Shown here piece after piece: positions 49,995 through 58,808 of a stretch of 64,000 nucleotides of DNA. Source of the DNA: Acidimicrobiaceae bacterium (GTDB taxonomy: Bacteria; Actinomycetota; Acidimicrobiia; Acidimicrobiales; Aldehydirespiratoraceae); contig VYFQ01000024.1 of assembly GCA_009842325.1 (NCBI GenBank), positions 137,419 through 201,418 on the forward strand, read 5' to 3'. Numbering within the stretch: position 1 is the first letter of the stretch; each line of letters opens with the position of its first letter. Position numbers and translations under genes: made by a program. Under the pieces are notes generated by a model that was not told where the DNA came from, searched no databases, and saw nothing but the letters and a program-made list of their open reading frames with translations.

Positions 49995-50480
49995 ATGTCC
50001 CCTACAGACGACCCGAACGACACTGAGGCAGACGAGGAGCCCAGCGGCGTGACCAAGGCCGAGCATGCTCCGGCCGCGCCTGTCGTCAGCCGGACGATCC
50101 GCAAGGGCGCATCGGTCGCATCCGCACTCGGCGAGCGCGTGTCGAAGACGGCGAGCGCTGTCACACCTCTGGCCAGCGAGGTCCGCAAGACCACCGAGGC
50201 CGCCGAGAAAGTCACGCGCAACATCGCCCGGACGGCCAAGAGCACCTCACTGGGGATAGCGGATCGCCTCACCACCGTCCTGGTCCTGTGCATCCAGGCA
50301 CTGTGGGGAGGGCTCGCGTTCACGGTGGTGATCACGACCTCTCTCGCCTACGGGGTCGGGTCCCCGGTCACCCTGCTCGGCATTCTCCTTTGGGTGCTCG
50401 GGGCGGCAATCATCGCCTTCACCCCCCGTGCCCTCCGAGCCAGCGCAGCGCGGCGGCGGAACCGAGCGAGCTCGGCTTGA
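49995..50480 (+). CDS. hypothetical membrane protein (amphipathic N-terminus, 2 C-terminal TM segments)
   Basis: 161 aa: ...ASALGERVSKTASAVTPLASEVRKTTEAAEKVTRNIARTAK, then LTTVLVLCIQALWGGLAFTVVI and VTLLGILLWVLGAAIIAF. Ends 23 nt before the mcrB-like start. Confidence 0.5.
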   Translation: MSPTDDPNDTEADEEPSGVTKAEHAPAAPVVSRTIRKGASVASALGERVSKTASAVTPLASEVRKTTEAAEKVTRNIARTAKSTSLGIADRLTTVLVLCIQALWGGLAFTVVITTSLAYGVGSPVTLLGILLWVLGAAIIAFTPRALRASAARRRNRASSA

Positions 50481-50503
50481 ACTCCCAAGAGAATGCGATT
50501 GAC

Positions 50504-53500
50504 ATGACAGCCACGGATCAATTCGAGACGGAGGCCGCGCCCGCGGGCACTAATGAGACTGACGGGCTGCAGGAACCGCCGGTCGCATGGCTCATCAGAG
50601 CCGGCGCAGGGGGCGAAGTCTCCGACTACAACCTCAAGCACGGTGTCGCCCGCATGAGCTACAGCGGCTACGGCTTACCGGATCTGAGAAGCCTCTCCAG
50701 CCGCGATGACTTGGTGGAAGCCATGCGTTCAGCGGCGTCCGACACACCTGACGGGCGCCCCGCCAAACCCAAGACCATCCCCGAGCAAGCCCGCCAACTC
50801 TGGATGTTCGGAACGGAGGTTCGTGTAGGCCATCTGGTGGTCATGCCTCGCATGACCGACCATGTCGCTGTTGGCGAGGTCAAGGCGGAGTACTGGTACG
50901 ACGAAAATGGCGCAGACCCCGACTGGCCTCACTGCGTGTCGGTGAAATGGAGGGACGAGGACGTTCTCCGCACAGCCCTCAAGGATGACCTGTTGTCCTC
51001 GATCAATGCCCCAGGAACCATCCACCCAATCAGATGCGACGACGCGCCATGGCGTCTCCAACAGGTGATGGAAACCGGCCGGGATCCTGGCGCGCGGATG
51101 AGCGATACGACCGGTCCCGAGAATGCGGACACCGACCTGTCCGCTCTGATCGAGCAGTTTCGCAGCAAGACGGGTTATCCGACGGACGCTCACAAGGAGC
51201 AGGAACGCCTGCGGGCGGAATGGGCCGAGAAGCTGGCGCCCGAGAACGTCAGCGAACTGCGCGACAGCGATCTTCTTGCGTACACCAACAGTGCTGTGGA
51301 TTACGGGCACTACGTGGAACTCAAGGAAGGACTGAGGCAACAGTGGATTGACGATCTGGACCCTGCCGAGTACGACAGGCTGCTCGACAGCATCCACGAT
51401 CTCTGCTGGGGCGGCGACGAGTTGTCGATCAGGATCGACCGTCTCACCGACCGAGCAGGCGGATTCAACAAAGACACGGGCATCAAGGGCTTCACAGGCC
51501 TTCAGGTGAGCCGCACGCTTGCCATCTGTCACCCCGAGCAGTTCCTGCCTCTGCCCTCGCAGATCGGCAAATGGGGGCGCGAGGTCGTGTTGCGAGCGCT
51601 TGGCCTCCCGGCTGTCCACGGCTCGTACGGCCAGAGGGTTGTTGATGCGAACAACCGGCTCAGAGAGCACCTCGCGCGCTACTTCGAGAAGGACACGGCC
51701 GGCATGGTCGCCTTCATCAATTGGTTCAAGGGAAAGGAGATCGGCGGTTTGGACCCAGAACTGTCCGACCTGGTTGAACGGTTCCGTGCCGAGTCGGGAT
51801 ATCGCACCGAAGCCCACGAGGAGCAGGAGCGCCTGCGAGCGGAATGGGCCCAGAAACTTGCGCCCGAGAACGTCGCCGACCTCAGTCGCCACGACCTGAC
51901 TGCCGTTGCATCCCACGGGGTGCGCGGCCAGGCGAAGTACGTGTATCCGAAGGTCCGAGGAGTGATGCAATGGATCCGTGACCTCGACGACGACGAATAC
52001 TCCAGCCTGCTCGATCAAGTCCAATATTTGTGCTGGGGAGAAGATGAGGCCTGGGTCCGGTATGACCAGCTGACCGATCGCAGGGGCGCTCAGCGTGTAC
52101 GGGGACTTAGCGACCAAACGGTTGTCCAACTCTTGGCAATCTCCCGTCCCAAGGACTTCCTTCCCTTCGGGCCTCATCGGGGAGTGTCGAGTCGACTACT
52201 GACACGTCTCGGCCTCCACGAGCCGCGCGGTACTAGCCATGGGCAGAGAATGGTGGATGCCAACAACCGGTTGCTGGAGCACTTGGCACCGCATTACGGC
52301 GACGACACGCTTGGGATGGCTGCATTCTTGGAATGGCTGCTCCAACAGAAGCAGCCGCCTCCTCCAGTCGACCTGGGTGAACTCGCGCACAAGTTGCTCG
52401 TCGACGTCGAGTTCTTGGAGGACATCGTCGAGCTGCTCCAAGACAAGGGGCAGGTGATTCTCTATGGGCCGCCGGGTACGGGCAAGACTTACCTGGCACG
52501 AGCGCTAGCTACGGCATTGGCGCCGGATGAGGATCGTCGGGCACTAGTGCAGTTCCATCCGTCGACCTCATACGAGGACTTCTTCGAGGGGTACCGGCCC
52601 GCCGGGACCGGTGACGAAGGAAATGTCCGCTACGAACTGACGCCTGGACCGCTGGCACGAATGGCCGAGCGAGCCGAGGATTCTGATCAGCGTCATGTGA
52701 TGATCATCGACGAGATCAACCGGGGAAACCTGCCCCGCGTGCTCGGGGAGTTGCTGTTCCTCCTGGAGTACCGGAACGAGATCGTGCAGACGCTCTACCG
52801 ACCCGAGGAGGAGCCGTTCTCACTGCCGGACAACCTGTGGTTCATTGGCACCATGAACACCGCCGACCGGTCGATCGCGCTGGTGGATGCGGCGCTCCGC
52901 CGACGGTTCCACTTCGTGCCGTTCTTCCCTGACAGCGGTCCAATGGAAGGTCTGCTCGGACGCTGGCTAGAACGTGAGGACGAGCCCGCTTGGGTCGGTC
53001 GCCTCGTCGATGCGGTGAACGCCGAGCTAGAGGAGGTTCTTGGGGGCTCTCATCTCTTGCTCGGGCCGAGCCACTTCATGAAGGAGTACGGCTCGTCACC
53101 GGAGGAGCAGCGACAGCGGCTCCGGCGCATCTGGGAGTACAACATCGAGCCGTTTATCGAAGACCAGTTCTTCGGCGACCCCGACAGGATCGCGCACTTC
53201 CGGTACGACTCCGTGATGAAGCGCCACGGCGCACCAGTACAGAAGCAGTCCGATAGAGCCGACGACACCTCCGCAGGCGCACCAGAAGCCACGTCCGACT
53301 GGACAGCGTTAGTCGACTCATTTCCTCCTCCGGACCTGACAGAAAGCGAGAGAACCCGCAACCAAATGAGAGGGGCTGTCAGACAATACGTTGAGTTCGC
53401 ACGCGAGCGAGGAAGCGATCCTGGCAGCAGGGATGATGACCTTGTCGAGGAGTATCTGAAGCGATACAGCGGGAGCACTCCTGGCCAATACCGACGCCAC

Positions 53501-53548
53501 ATACGCGACTGGTTCGACTACATCGCTCGACGACCTGCGTCTGACTGA
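50504..53548 (+). CDS. mcrB: McrB-like AAA+ GTPase (type IV restriction motor subunit), 1014 aa, atypical multi-domain N-terminus
   Basis: ATG at 50504 inside ORF 50288..53548. Walker A VILYGPPGTGKTYLA, VQFHPSTSYEDFFEGYRP, Walker B MIIDEINRGNLPRVLGELLFLLEYR, and McrB signature FIGTMNTADRSIALVDAALRRRFHF. Confidence 0.85.
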   Translation: MTATDQFETEAAPAGTNETDGLQEPPVAWLIRAGAGGEVSDYNLKHGVARMSYSGYGLPDLRSLSSRDDLVEAMRSAASDTPDGRPAKPKTIPEQARQLWMFGTEVRVGHLVVMPRMTDHVAVGEVKAEYWYDENGADPDWPHCVSVKWRDEDVLRTALKDDLLSSINAPGTIHPIRCDDAPWRLQQVMETGRDPGARMSDTTGPENADTDLSALIEQFRSKTGYPTDAHKEQERLRAEWAEKLAPENVSELRDSDLLAYTNSAVDYGHYVELKEGLRQQWIDDLDPAEYDRLLDSIHDLCWGGDELSIRIDRLTDRAGGFNKDTGIKGFTGLQVSRTLAICHPEQFLPLPSQIGKWGREVVLRALGLPAVHGSYGQRVVDANNRLREHLARYFEKDTAGMVAFINWFKGKEIGGLDPELSDLVERFRAESGYRTEAHEEQERLRAEWAQKLAPENVADLSRHDLTAVASHGVRGQAKYVYPKVRGVMQWIRDLDDDEYSSLLDQVQYLCWGEDEAWVRYDQLTDRRGAQRVRGLSDQTVVQLLAISRPKDFLPFGPHRGVSSRLLTRLGLHEPRGTSHGQRMVDANNRLLEHLAPHYGDDTLGMAAFLEWLLQQKQPPPPVDLGELAHKLLVDVEFLEDIVELLQDKGQVILYGPPGTGKTYLARALATALAPDEDRRALVQFHPSTSYEDFFEGYRPAGTGDEGNVRYELTPGPLARMAERAEDSDQRHVMIIDEINRGNLPRVLGELLFLLEYRNEIVQTLYRPEEEPFSLPDNLWFIGTMNTADRSIALVDAALRRRFHFVPFFPDSGPMEGLLGRWLEREDEPAWVGRLVDAVNAELEEVLGGSHLLLGPSHFMKEYGSSPEEQRQRLRRIWEYNIEPFIEDQFFGDPDRIAHFRYDSVMKRHGAPVQKQSDRADDTSAGAPEATSDWTALVDSFPPPDLTESERTRNQMRGAVRQYVEFARERGSDPGSRDDDLVEEYLKRYSGSTPGQYRRHIRDWFDYIARRPASD
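51137..52380 (+). repeat. tandem duplication of a ~205-aa module inside the mcrB-like gene (51137..51757 and 51761..~52380)
   Basis: LSALIEQFRSKTGYPTDAHKEQERLRAEWAEKLAPENV versus LSDLVERFRAESGYRTEAHEEQERLRAEWAQKLAPENV. GQRVVDANNRLREHLARYF versus GQRMVDANNRLLEHLAPHY. The nucleotide blocks 51198..51250 and 51822..51874 are near-identical. Confidence 0.85.
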
Positions 53549-54984
53549 TGTCTTTGACGGACACGCTGACATCCCGCTCGACGGAGGGAGCGGACGTGGA
53601 GACCGCCGCGCCAACGGTTGGCGACCGCGACACGGACGAACACTCACAGCAGTCAGTCGCAAGTACCCCTCTCACGTTGATCCTGCGCGAGTACGGCCGC
53701 GCCGTTCTGCCGATGACCGACGAGCAGGCTGCCGCGCTGAACCGGGTGGGCACGGGACAATACCTGTCGGTCGAGCCGGGCGAGTACTCGGGGCACTGGC
53801 AAGTGTCTGCTCACAACTACGTCGGGTCGATCAATGTGGCGGGGTTGCAGGTGTTGGTGCGGCCCAAGATCCCTTTGCGCAACCTGTTCCTGCTGCTCGA
53901 AGTGGGACTGCGGGAGCGGGACTGGCATGACGAGGCCGTGCGCTTCGAGACGACTGGTGACCTGCTGCCTGCCCTCGTGTCGTTCTTCGCCCGCACCACC
54001 GAGACCACCGTCGCCCGCGGGCTGTACCACTCCTACCGAGAGCAGCATGACCGGCTGGTCGCTCTGCGAGGACGCGTCGACATCACCCGGCAGCTCGCCC
54101 AGCCCGGCGTCGTCATACCTACGGCCTGCAGGTTCACAGAGTTCACCGCCGACCTGATCGAGAACTCGTACCTGAAGGCAGCCGTGTCGCGGTCGCTGCG
54201 GGTCGCCGGGGTGCAGCCCATCGACCGTCGCAGGCTCATGCAGCACCTCGTCACGCTCGAAGACGTTGGCGACGTAAGGCATCATCACGCCGACCACGAC
54301 CGGGTCATCTTCAGCCGGCTCAACGAGCACTACCGGCCCGCGCTGCGGCTGGCTCGGCTCGTGCTGGCCAATCTGACGCTGCAAGACGTCCTCGGCGAGA
54401 CGCAGGCCTCGTCGTTCATGCTGGACATGAACGAACTCTTCGAGCGCTTCGTCACCGAGCGCTTGCGGCGGGCGCTACGGGGCCGCCTCGACGTCAAGGG
54501 CCAGCACCAGGACCGGCTCGACGAGGAGCGCTACGTCACCATCAAGCCCGACTTGCTGTTCAGTGCCAACGGCGCACCGAGGCTCGTGGCCGACATCAAG
54601 TACAAGCTCACCGACGACACGGCCGCTGGCCGCAACGCCGACTACTACCAGTTGCTGGCCTACACCACCGCGCTCGACCTGCCGGAGGGCGTCCTCATCT
54701 ACTGCCTCGACGCCAACCGTGCCGACGACTCCGACAGTGACGGAGCGTCGGTCACGACCTCTCGGCCTGCGAGTTCCATGCCCGCTGAAGGCACACCCGA
54801 CGACAGCCTTCCAGGCCTGCGGTCGATACGGGTCCGCAACGTCGGGAAGGTACTCCACACCTACGCGCTGGACATGTCCGGCACCGCCGAAGATGTCGCC
54901 CGGAACCTGGACAGACTCGCCGACTGGATCGAGGGCCGGTCCGCAGCGACTCTGGGAGTGGGCGAACCTGCCCCCGGGAACTAG
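53548..54984 (+). CDS. mcrC: McrC-like PD-(D/E)xK nuclease subunit
   Basis: The ATG overlaps the mcrB-like stop (TGATG). YVGSINVAGLQVLVRPKIP, MNELFERFV, and nuclease core VTIKPDLLF...LVADIKYK...YYQLLAYT. Confidence 0.8.
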   Translation: MSLTDTLTSRSTEGADVETAAPTVGDRDTDEHSQQSVASTPLTLILREYGRAVLPMTDEQAAALNRVGTGQYLSVEPGEYSGHWQVSAHNYVGSINVAGLQVLVRPKIPLRNLFLLLEVGLRERDWHDEAVRFETTGDLLPALVSFFARTTETTVARGLYHSYREQHDRLVALRGRVDITRQLAQPGVVIPTACRFTEFTADLIENSYLKAAVSRSLRVAGVQPIDRRRLMQHLVTLEDVGDVRHHHADHDRVIFSRLNEHYRPALRLARLVLANLTLQDVLGETQASSFMLDMNELFERFVTERLRRALRGRLDVKGQHQDRLDEERYVTIKPDLLFSANGAPRLVADIKYKLTDDTAAGRNADYYQLLAYTTALDLPEGVLIYCLDANRADDSDSDGASVTTSRPASSMPAEGTPDDSLPGLRSIRVRNVGKVLHTYALDMSGTAEDVARNLDRLADWIEGRSAATLGVGEPAPGN

Positions 54985-55418
54985 CCGACCGGGTTTCCGT
55001 CGATCTCCACGCGCTGGCGGCGCAGCACCATGCGGGTGATCCGCCAGCGTCCGTCGACGCGCTCGTACTCCTCCTCGTACCAGCCTGCGCCCCAGACCGT
55101 CCGGACCGGGCTCCCCTCGGGGAACCAGAGGCGGTCCTCCATCGCCCACACGCCCGTAGCGCTGTCGGGGCCGGTCATCTCGATCTCCTCGTTGTGACCG
55201 TGATGCACGGTGACCGCACCGTGCAGGATCTTCGACACCGATTCGACGAAGCTGTCACGGCTGCTGTAAACGCCTCGACCCGAGCTGTTCACGGTGCTGC
55301 TCGAGACGTCGATCTGCGCATCCGGGGAGAACACCTCGCTGACGCCCTGCCAGTCCTGCTGGTCGAGCATGCGGAAGTAGCGCGCCTTGAGCTTGCGAAT
55401 CTCCTCGATGTCTTCCAT
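54981..55418 (-). CDS. SnoaL-like / NTF2-fold protein
   Basis: Last 145 codons of ORF 54981..55583: MEDIEEIRKLKARYFRMLDQQDWQGVSEVFSPDA...GRWRITRMVL. Confidence 0.75.
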   Translation of the reverse strand: MEDIEEIRKLKARYFRMLDQQDWQGVSEVFSPDAQIDVSSSTVNSSGRGVYSSRDSFVESVSKILHGAVTVHHGHNEEIEMTGPDSATGVWAMEDRLWFPEGSPVRTVWGAGWYEEEYERVDGRWRITRMVLRRQRVEIDGNPVG

Positions 55419-55554
55419 AGACCCGCCGTCGCCTGGCGGGACACGGTCAGCCTTCGTGCTCACGGCCACACCGTAACCCGCCCGCCGCGTACGCCCGGCG
55501 GGTCTGGCAGGATTGCGGTCCGCGAGATCGCAACGAACCAAGGAGATGCAACCG

Positions 55555-56247
55555 ATGGGTGAGATGGTGGAGTTCGCTGCCAACGGATCGATGGCTCGTG
55601 GCTATGTGGCCGCCGCGGCAGGGGGTTCGGGCCCTGGTGTGATCGTGCTGCAGGAGTGGTGGGGGCTGGTTCCCCAGATCAAGGGTGTGTGCGACCTGCT
55701 CGCCGACGAGGGCTTCACTGCTCTGGCCCCCGACCTGTACCAGGGCGAGATGGCCACCCACACCGAGATGGACAAGGCCGGCGCGCTGATGACCAGCCTG
55801 CCGCCCGAGCGGGCCGCCCGGGACATGTCCGCCGCCATCGACTACCTGCTGGGCCACGACGCCTGCTCCTCGTCCACCGTCGGCGTCACTGGCTTCTGCA
55901 TGGGCGGGCTGCTCACCCTGCGCATCGCCGCAATCGCCGGCGACCGGGTGTCGGCCGCGGCCCCGTTCTACGGCGCGCCCCTCGGCGACGACTCGCTCGA
56001 CTGGAGCAACCTCAGCGCCAAGGTCGAGGGCCACTTCGCGGCCAGCGACGACTTCTTCCCGCCCAACGCCTGCGAGGCGCTCGCGCAGCAGCTCCGCGAC
56101 ATGGGCAAGGACGTCGTCTTCCACACCTACGAGGGCACCGGCCACGGGTTCGGCAACTGGGAGGATCCCCTCGGCACCTACAACGAAGCGGCCTGGAACA
56201 CCGCCTGGTCGCGCACCCTCGCTCTGCTGCGCGCCAACGTGACGTGA
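55555..56247 (+). CDS. dienelactone hydrolase family protein
   Basis: ATG at 55555, 9 nt after AGGAG: MGEMVEFAANGSMARGYVA...GVIVLQEWWGL...APDLYQG...GVTGFCMGG...YEGTGHGF. Confidence 0.85.
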   Translation: MGEMVEFAANGSMARGYVAAAAGGSGPGVIVLQEWWGLVPQIKGVCDLLADEGFTALAPDLYQGEMATHTEMDKAGALMTSLPPERAARDMSAAIDYLLGHDACSSSTVGVTGFCMGGLLTLRIAAIAGDRVSAAAPFYGAPLGDDSLDWSNLSAKVEGHFAASDDFFPPNACEALAQQLRDMGKDVVFHTYEGTGHGFGNWEDPLGTYNEAAWNTAWSRTLALLRANVT

Positions 56248-56279
56248 GCAGGCAGTGACGAGAGCCTGAAGTTTCGCTC

Positions 56280-57116
56280 CTAGTAGGCCTCGGGCACGAA
56301 CGTCTGGTCGGAGATCGGCGGCCTCACGTAGCCCACCCCCGACTGGCGATCAGGCAGCTCCACGTCCTCCCACGCCACGGTCTCGTACGGGATCATCGAC
56401 AGCAGATGCGTGATGCAGTTGAGCCGGGCCCTCTTCTTGGAGTCGGCGTCGACCACGTACCACGGCGCCTGCTTGATGTCGGTGTGGGCGAACAGGGTGT
56501 CCTTGGCCTTGGAGAAGTCCACCCACCGGGCCCGACCCTGCACGTCCATGGGCGACAGCTTCCAGCGCTTGAGCGGATCCGCGATCCGGCTCTGGAACCG
56601 CCGCTCCTGCTCGGCGTCGCTGACCGAGAACCAGTACTTGATCAGGATGATCCCCGACCGCACCAGCATCCGCTCGAACTCCGGGCATGACCGGAGGAAC
56701 TCCTTGTACTCCTCCTCGGTGCAGAACCCCATCACCGGCTCGACCAGCCCCCGGTTGTACCAGCTGCGATCGAACAGGACCATCTCACCCGCCGCGGGCA
56801 GCTCGGCCACGTAGCGCTGGAACCACCACTGGGTCTTCTCGCGGTCGCTGGGCGTGCCCAGGGCAACGACCCGCACCACCCGGGGGTTGAGCCGCTCGGT
56901 GATCCGCTTGATGACACCGCCCTTTCCGGCCGCGTCGCGGCCCTCGAAGATGACCACCACCTTCAGTCCCTTGTGACGGATCCAGCGCTGGAGCCGCACC
57001 AGTTCCTCCTGAAGGCTGCTCAGCTCCCGCTCGTAGTCCCTGTTCTTGATCTTCTTGCGCTTGCCGGGAGCCTCGTCGCCCGACCGTGTGTCATCGAGGG
57101 TCACATCAACGCTCAT
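56280..57116 (-). CDS. ppk2: polyphosphate kinase 2
   Basis: ATG at 57116: MSVDVTLDD... VVIFEGRDAAGKGGVIKRI (Walker A), FDRSWYNR. Confidence 0.9.
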   Translation of the reverse strand: MSVDVTLDDTRSGDEAPGKRKKIKNRDYERELSSLQEELVRLQRWIRHKGLKVVVIFEGRDAAGKGGVIKRITERLNPRVVRVVALGTPSDREKTQWWFQRYVAELPAAGEMVLFDRSWYNRGLVEPVMGFCTEEEYKEFLRSCPEFERMLVRSGIILIKYWFSVSDAEQERRFQSRIADPLKRWKLSPMDVQGRARWVDFSKAKDTLFAHTDIKQAPWYVVDADSKKRARLNCITHLLSMIPYETVAWEDVELPDRQSGVGYVRPPISDQTFVPEAY

Positions 57117-57162
57117 GAACCGGACAATAGTGCCAATAGTGCAGACCGCACACTGCGAACTA

Positions 57163-58794
57163 GTGCGAAGGCTGCACAATGGAGGTGTGGAACCGCAGCC
57201 GGCTGAAGACTCCCGCTCGTTCACCACCATGTCGGGGGTGCCCGTCGATCCCGTGTACGGCGACGGGCCCTTGCCCGGGGAGTTCCCCTACACGCGGGGG
57301 ATCTACCCGGAGATGTATCGCAGCCGGTTGTGGACGATGCGCATGTTCGCGGGGTTCGGCACTGCGGTGGACACCAACGGCCGGTTCAAGGAGATCCTGC
57401 GCCACGGCGGCACCGGTCTGTCCACCGCCTTCGACATGCCCACGCTGATGGGGCGCGACTCCGACGACGAGGTGTGGTCCGCCGGTGAGGTCGGCCGAGC
57501 CGGTGTGGCCATCGACACCCTCGCCGACATGGAAGACCTGTTCGCCGACATTGATCTGGGCTCGGTGTCGACCTCGATGACCATCAACGGTCCCGCCATC
57601 GTGGCTCTAGCCCAGTACATCGCGGTCGCCGACAAGACCGGGGTGGATCGGGCCGCGCTGTCGGGCACGATCCAGAACGACATCCTCAAGGAGTACCAGG
57701 CCCAGAAGGAGTACATCTTCCCGCCGAGGCCGTCGATGCGCATCGTCACCGACATGATGCGCTTCACCACCGCGGAGATGCCCCGGTGGCATCCGGTGTC
57801 GATCTCCGGCTACCACATCCGGGAGGCCGGCTCCACCGCCGCGCAGGAACTCGGGTTCACGTTGGCCAACGGCTTCGCCTACGTGGAGGCGGCCCAGGCG
57901 GCCGGCCTCGACGTGGACGACTTCGCGGCCAGGCTCAGCTTCTTCTTCAACAGCCACAGCGACTTCTTCGAGGAGATCGGCAAGTACCGCGCCGCCCGGC
58001 GCATCTGGGCCACCTGGATGAGGCAGCGCTACGGCGCGGCCTCAGAGCGCAGCTTGATGTGCCGGTTCCACACCCAGACCGCGGGCGTGTCGCTCACCGC
58101 CCAGCAGCCCGAGATCAACATCGCCCGCGTGGCGTTGCAGGCGCTCGCCGGCGCGCTGGGCGGCACCCAGTCACTGCACACCGACGCCTACGACGAGGCC
58201 CTGGCGCTACCGACCGAGAAGGCAGCTCGCATCGCTCTGCGAACCCAGCAGATCGTGGCCCATGAGACCGGGGTGGCCAACGTCGCCGACCCGCTGGGCG
58301 GTTCGGCCTACGTGGAGTGGATGACCGACGAGATGGAGCGTCGCGCCACTGAGATCTTCGACCACCTGTTGGATCTGGGGGGCGGCTCCATCCTCGAGGG
58401 CGTCTACGAAGGCATCGACAACGGCTACTTCGTGGGCCAGATCGCCGACTCCGCCTACCGGTTCGAGCGCGAGGTCAACGACGGCACCCGCATCATCGTC
58501 GGCGTCAACGCGTTCACCGAAGGCGAGGACGGCGATCAGGACGGCGCCAACCTGCTGCGCATCGAGCAGGACACTGAGGACTTCCAGCTCAAGCGCCTCG
58601 CGGCGGTCAAACACGCCCGCGACGACGAAGCCGTGAACCGCTCACTCGAAGCCGTGCGGCACGCGGCGGAAGATCCCGGTGCCAACCTCGTGCCGCCGAT
58701 CATCGAAGCAGTGAGCGGCTACGCCACCGAGGGCGAGATCTGCGACGCGCTCGCCTTGGTGTTCGGCCGGTACGTCGAGCAGGCCATCGTCTAG
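57163..58794 (+). CDS. icmA: acyl-CoA mutase large (substrate-binding) subunit with isobutyryl-CoA-mutase-type signature residues
   Basis: FTTMSGVPVDPVYG...PYTRGIYPEMYRSRLWTMRMFAGFGT...GLSTAFDMPTLMG...GTIQNDILKEYQAQKEYIFPP. Phe and Gln occupy the positions that are Tyr and Arg in methylmalonyl-CoA mutase. No B12 domain. The start is uncertain (GTG 57163, ATG 57115 or ATG 57229). Confidence 0.8.
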   Translation: MRRLHNGGVEPQPAEDSRSFTTMSGVPVDPVYGDGPLPGEFPYTRGIYPEMYRSRLWTMRMFAGFGTAVDTNGRFKEILRHGGTGLSTAFDMPTLMGRDSDDEVWSAGEVGRAGVAIDTLADMEDLFADIDLGSVSTSMTINGPAIVALAQYIAVADKTGVDRAALSGTIQNDILKEYQAQKEYIFPPRPSMRIVTDMMRFTTAEMPRWHPVSISGYHIREAGSTAAQELGFTLANGFAYVEAAQAAGLDVDDFAARLSFFFNSHSDFFEEIGKYRAARRIWATWMRQRYGAASERSLMCRFHTQTAGVSLTAQQPEINIARVALQALAGALGGTQSLHTDAYDEALALPTEKAARIALRTQQIVAHETGVANVADPLGGSAYVEWMTDEMERRATEIFDHLLDLGGGSILEGVYEGIDNGYFVGQIADSAYRFEREVNDGTRIIVGVNAFTEGEDGDQDGANLLRIEQDTEDFQLKRLAAVKHARDDEAVNRSLEAVRHAAEDPGANLVPPIIEAVSGYATEGEICDALALVFGRYVEQAIV

Positions 58795-58808
58795 CGGGCT
58801 CTGTTGAC

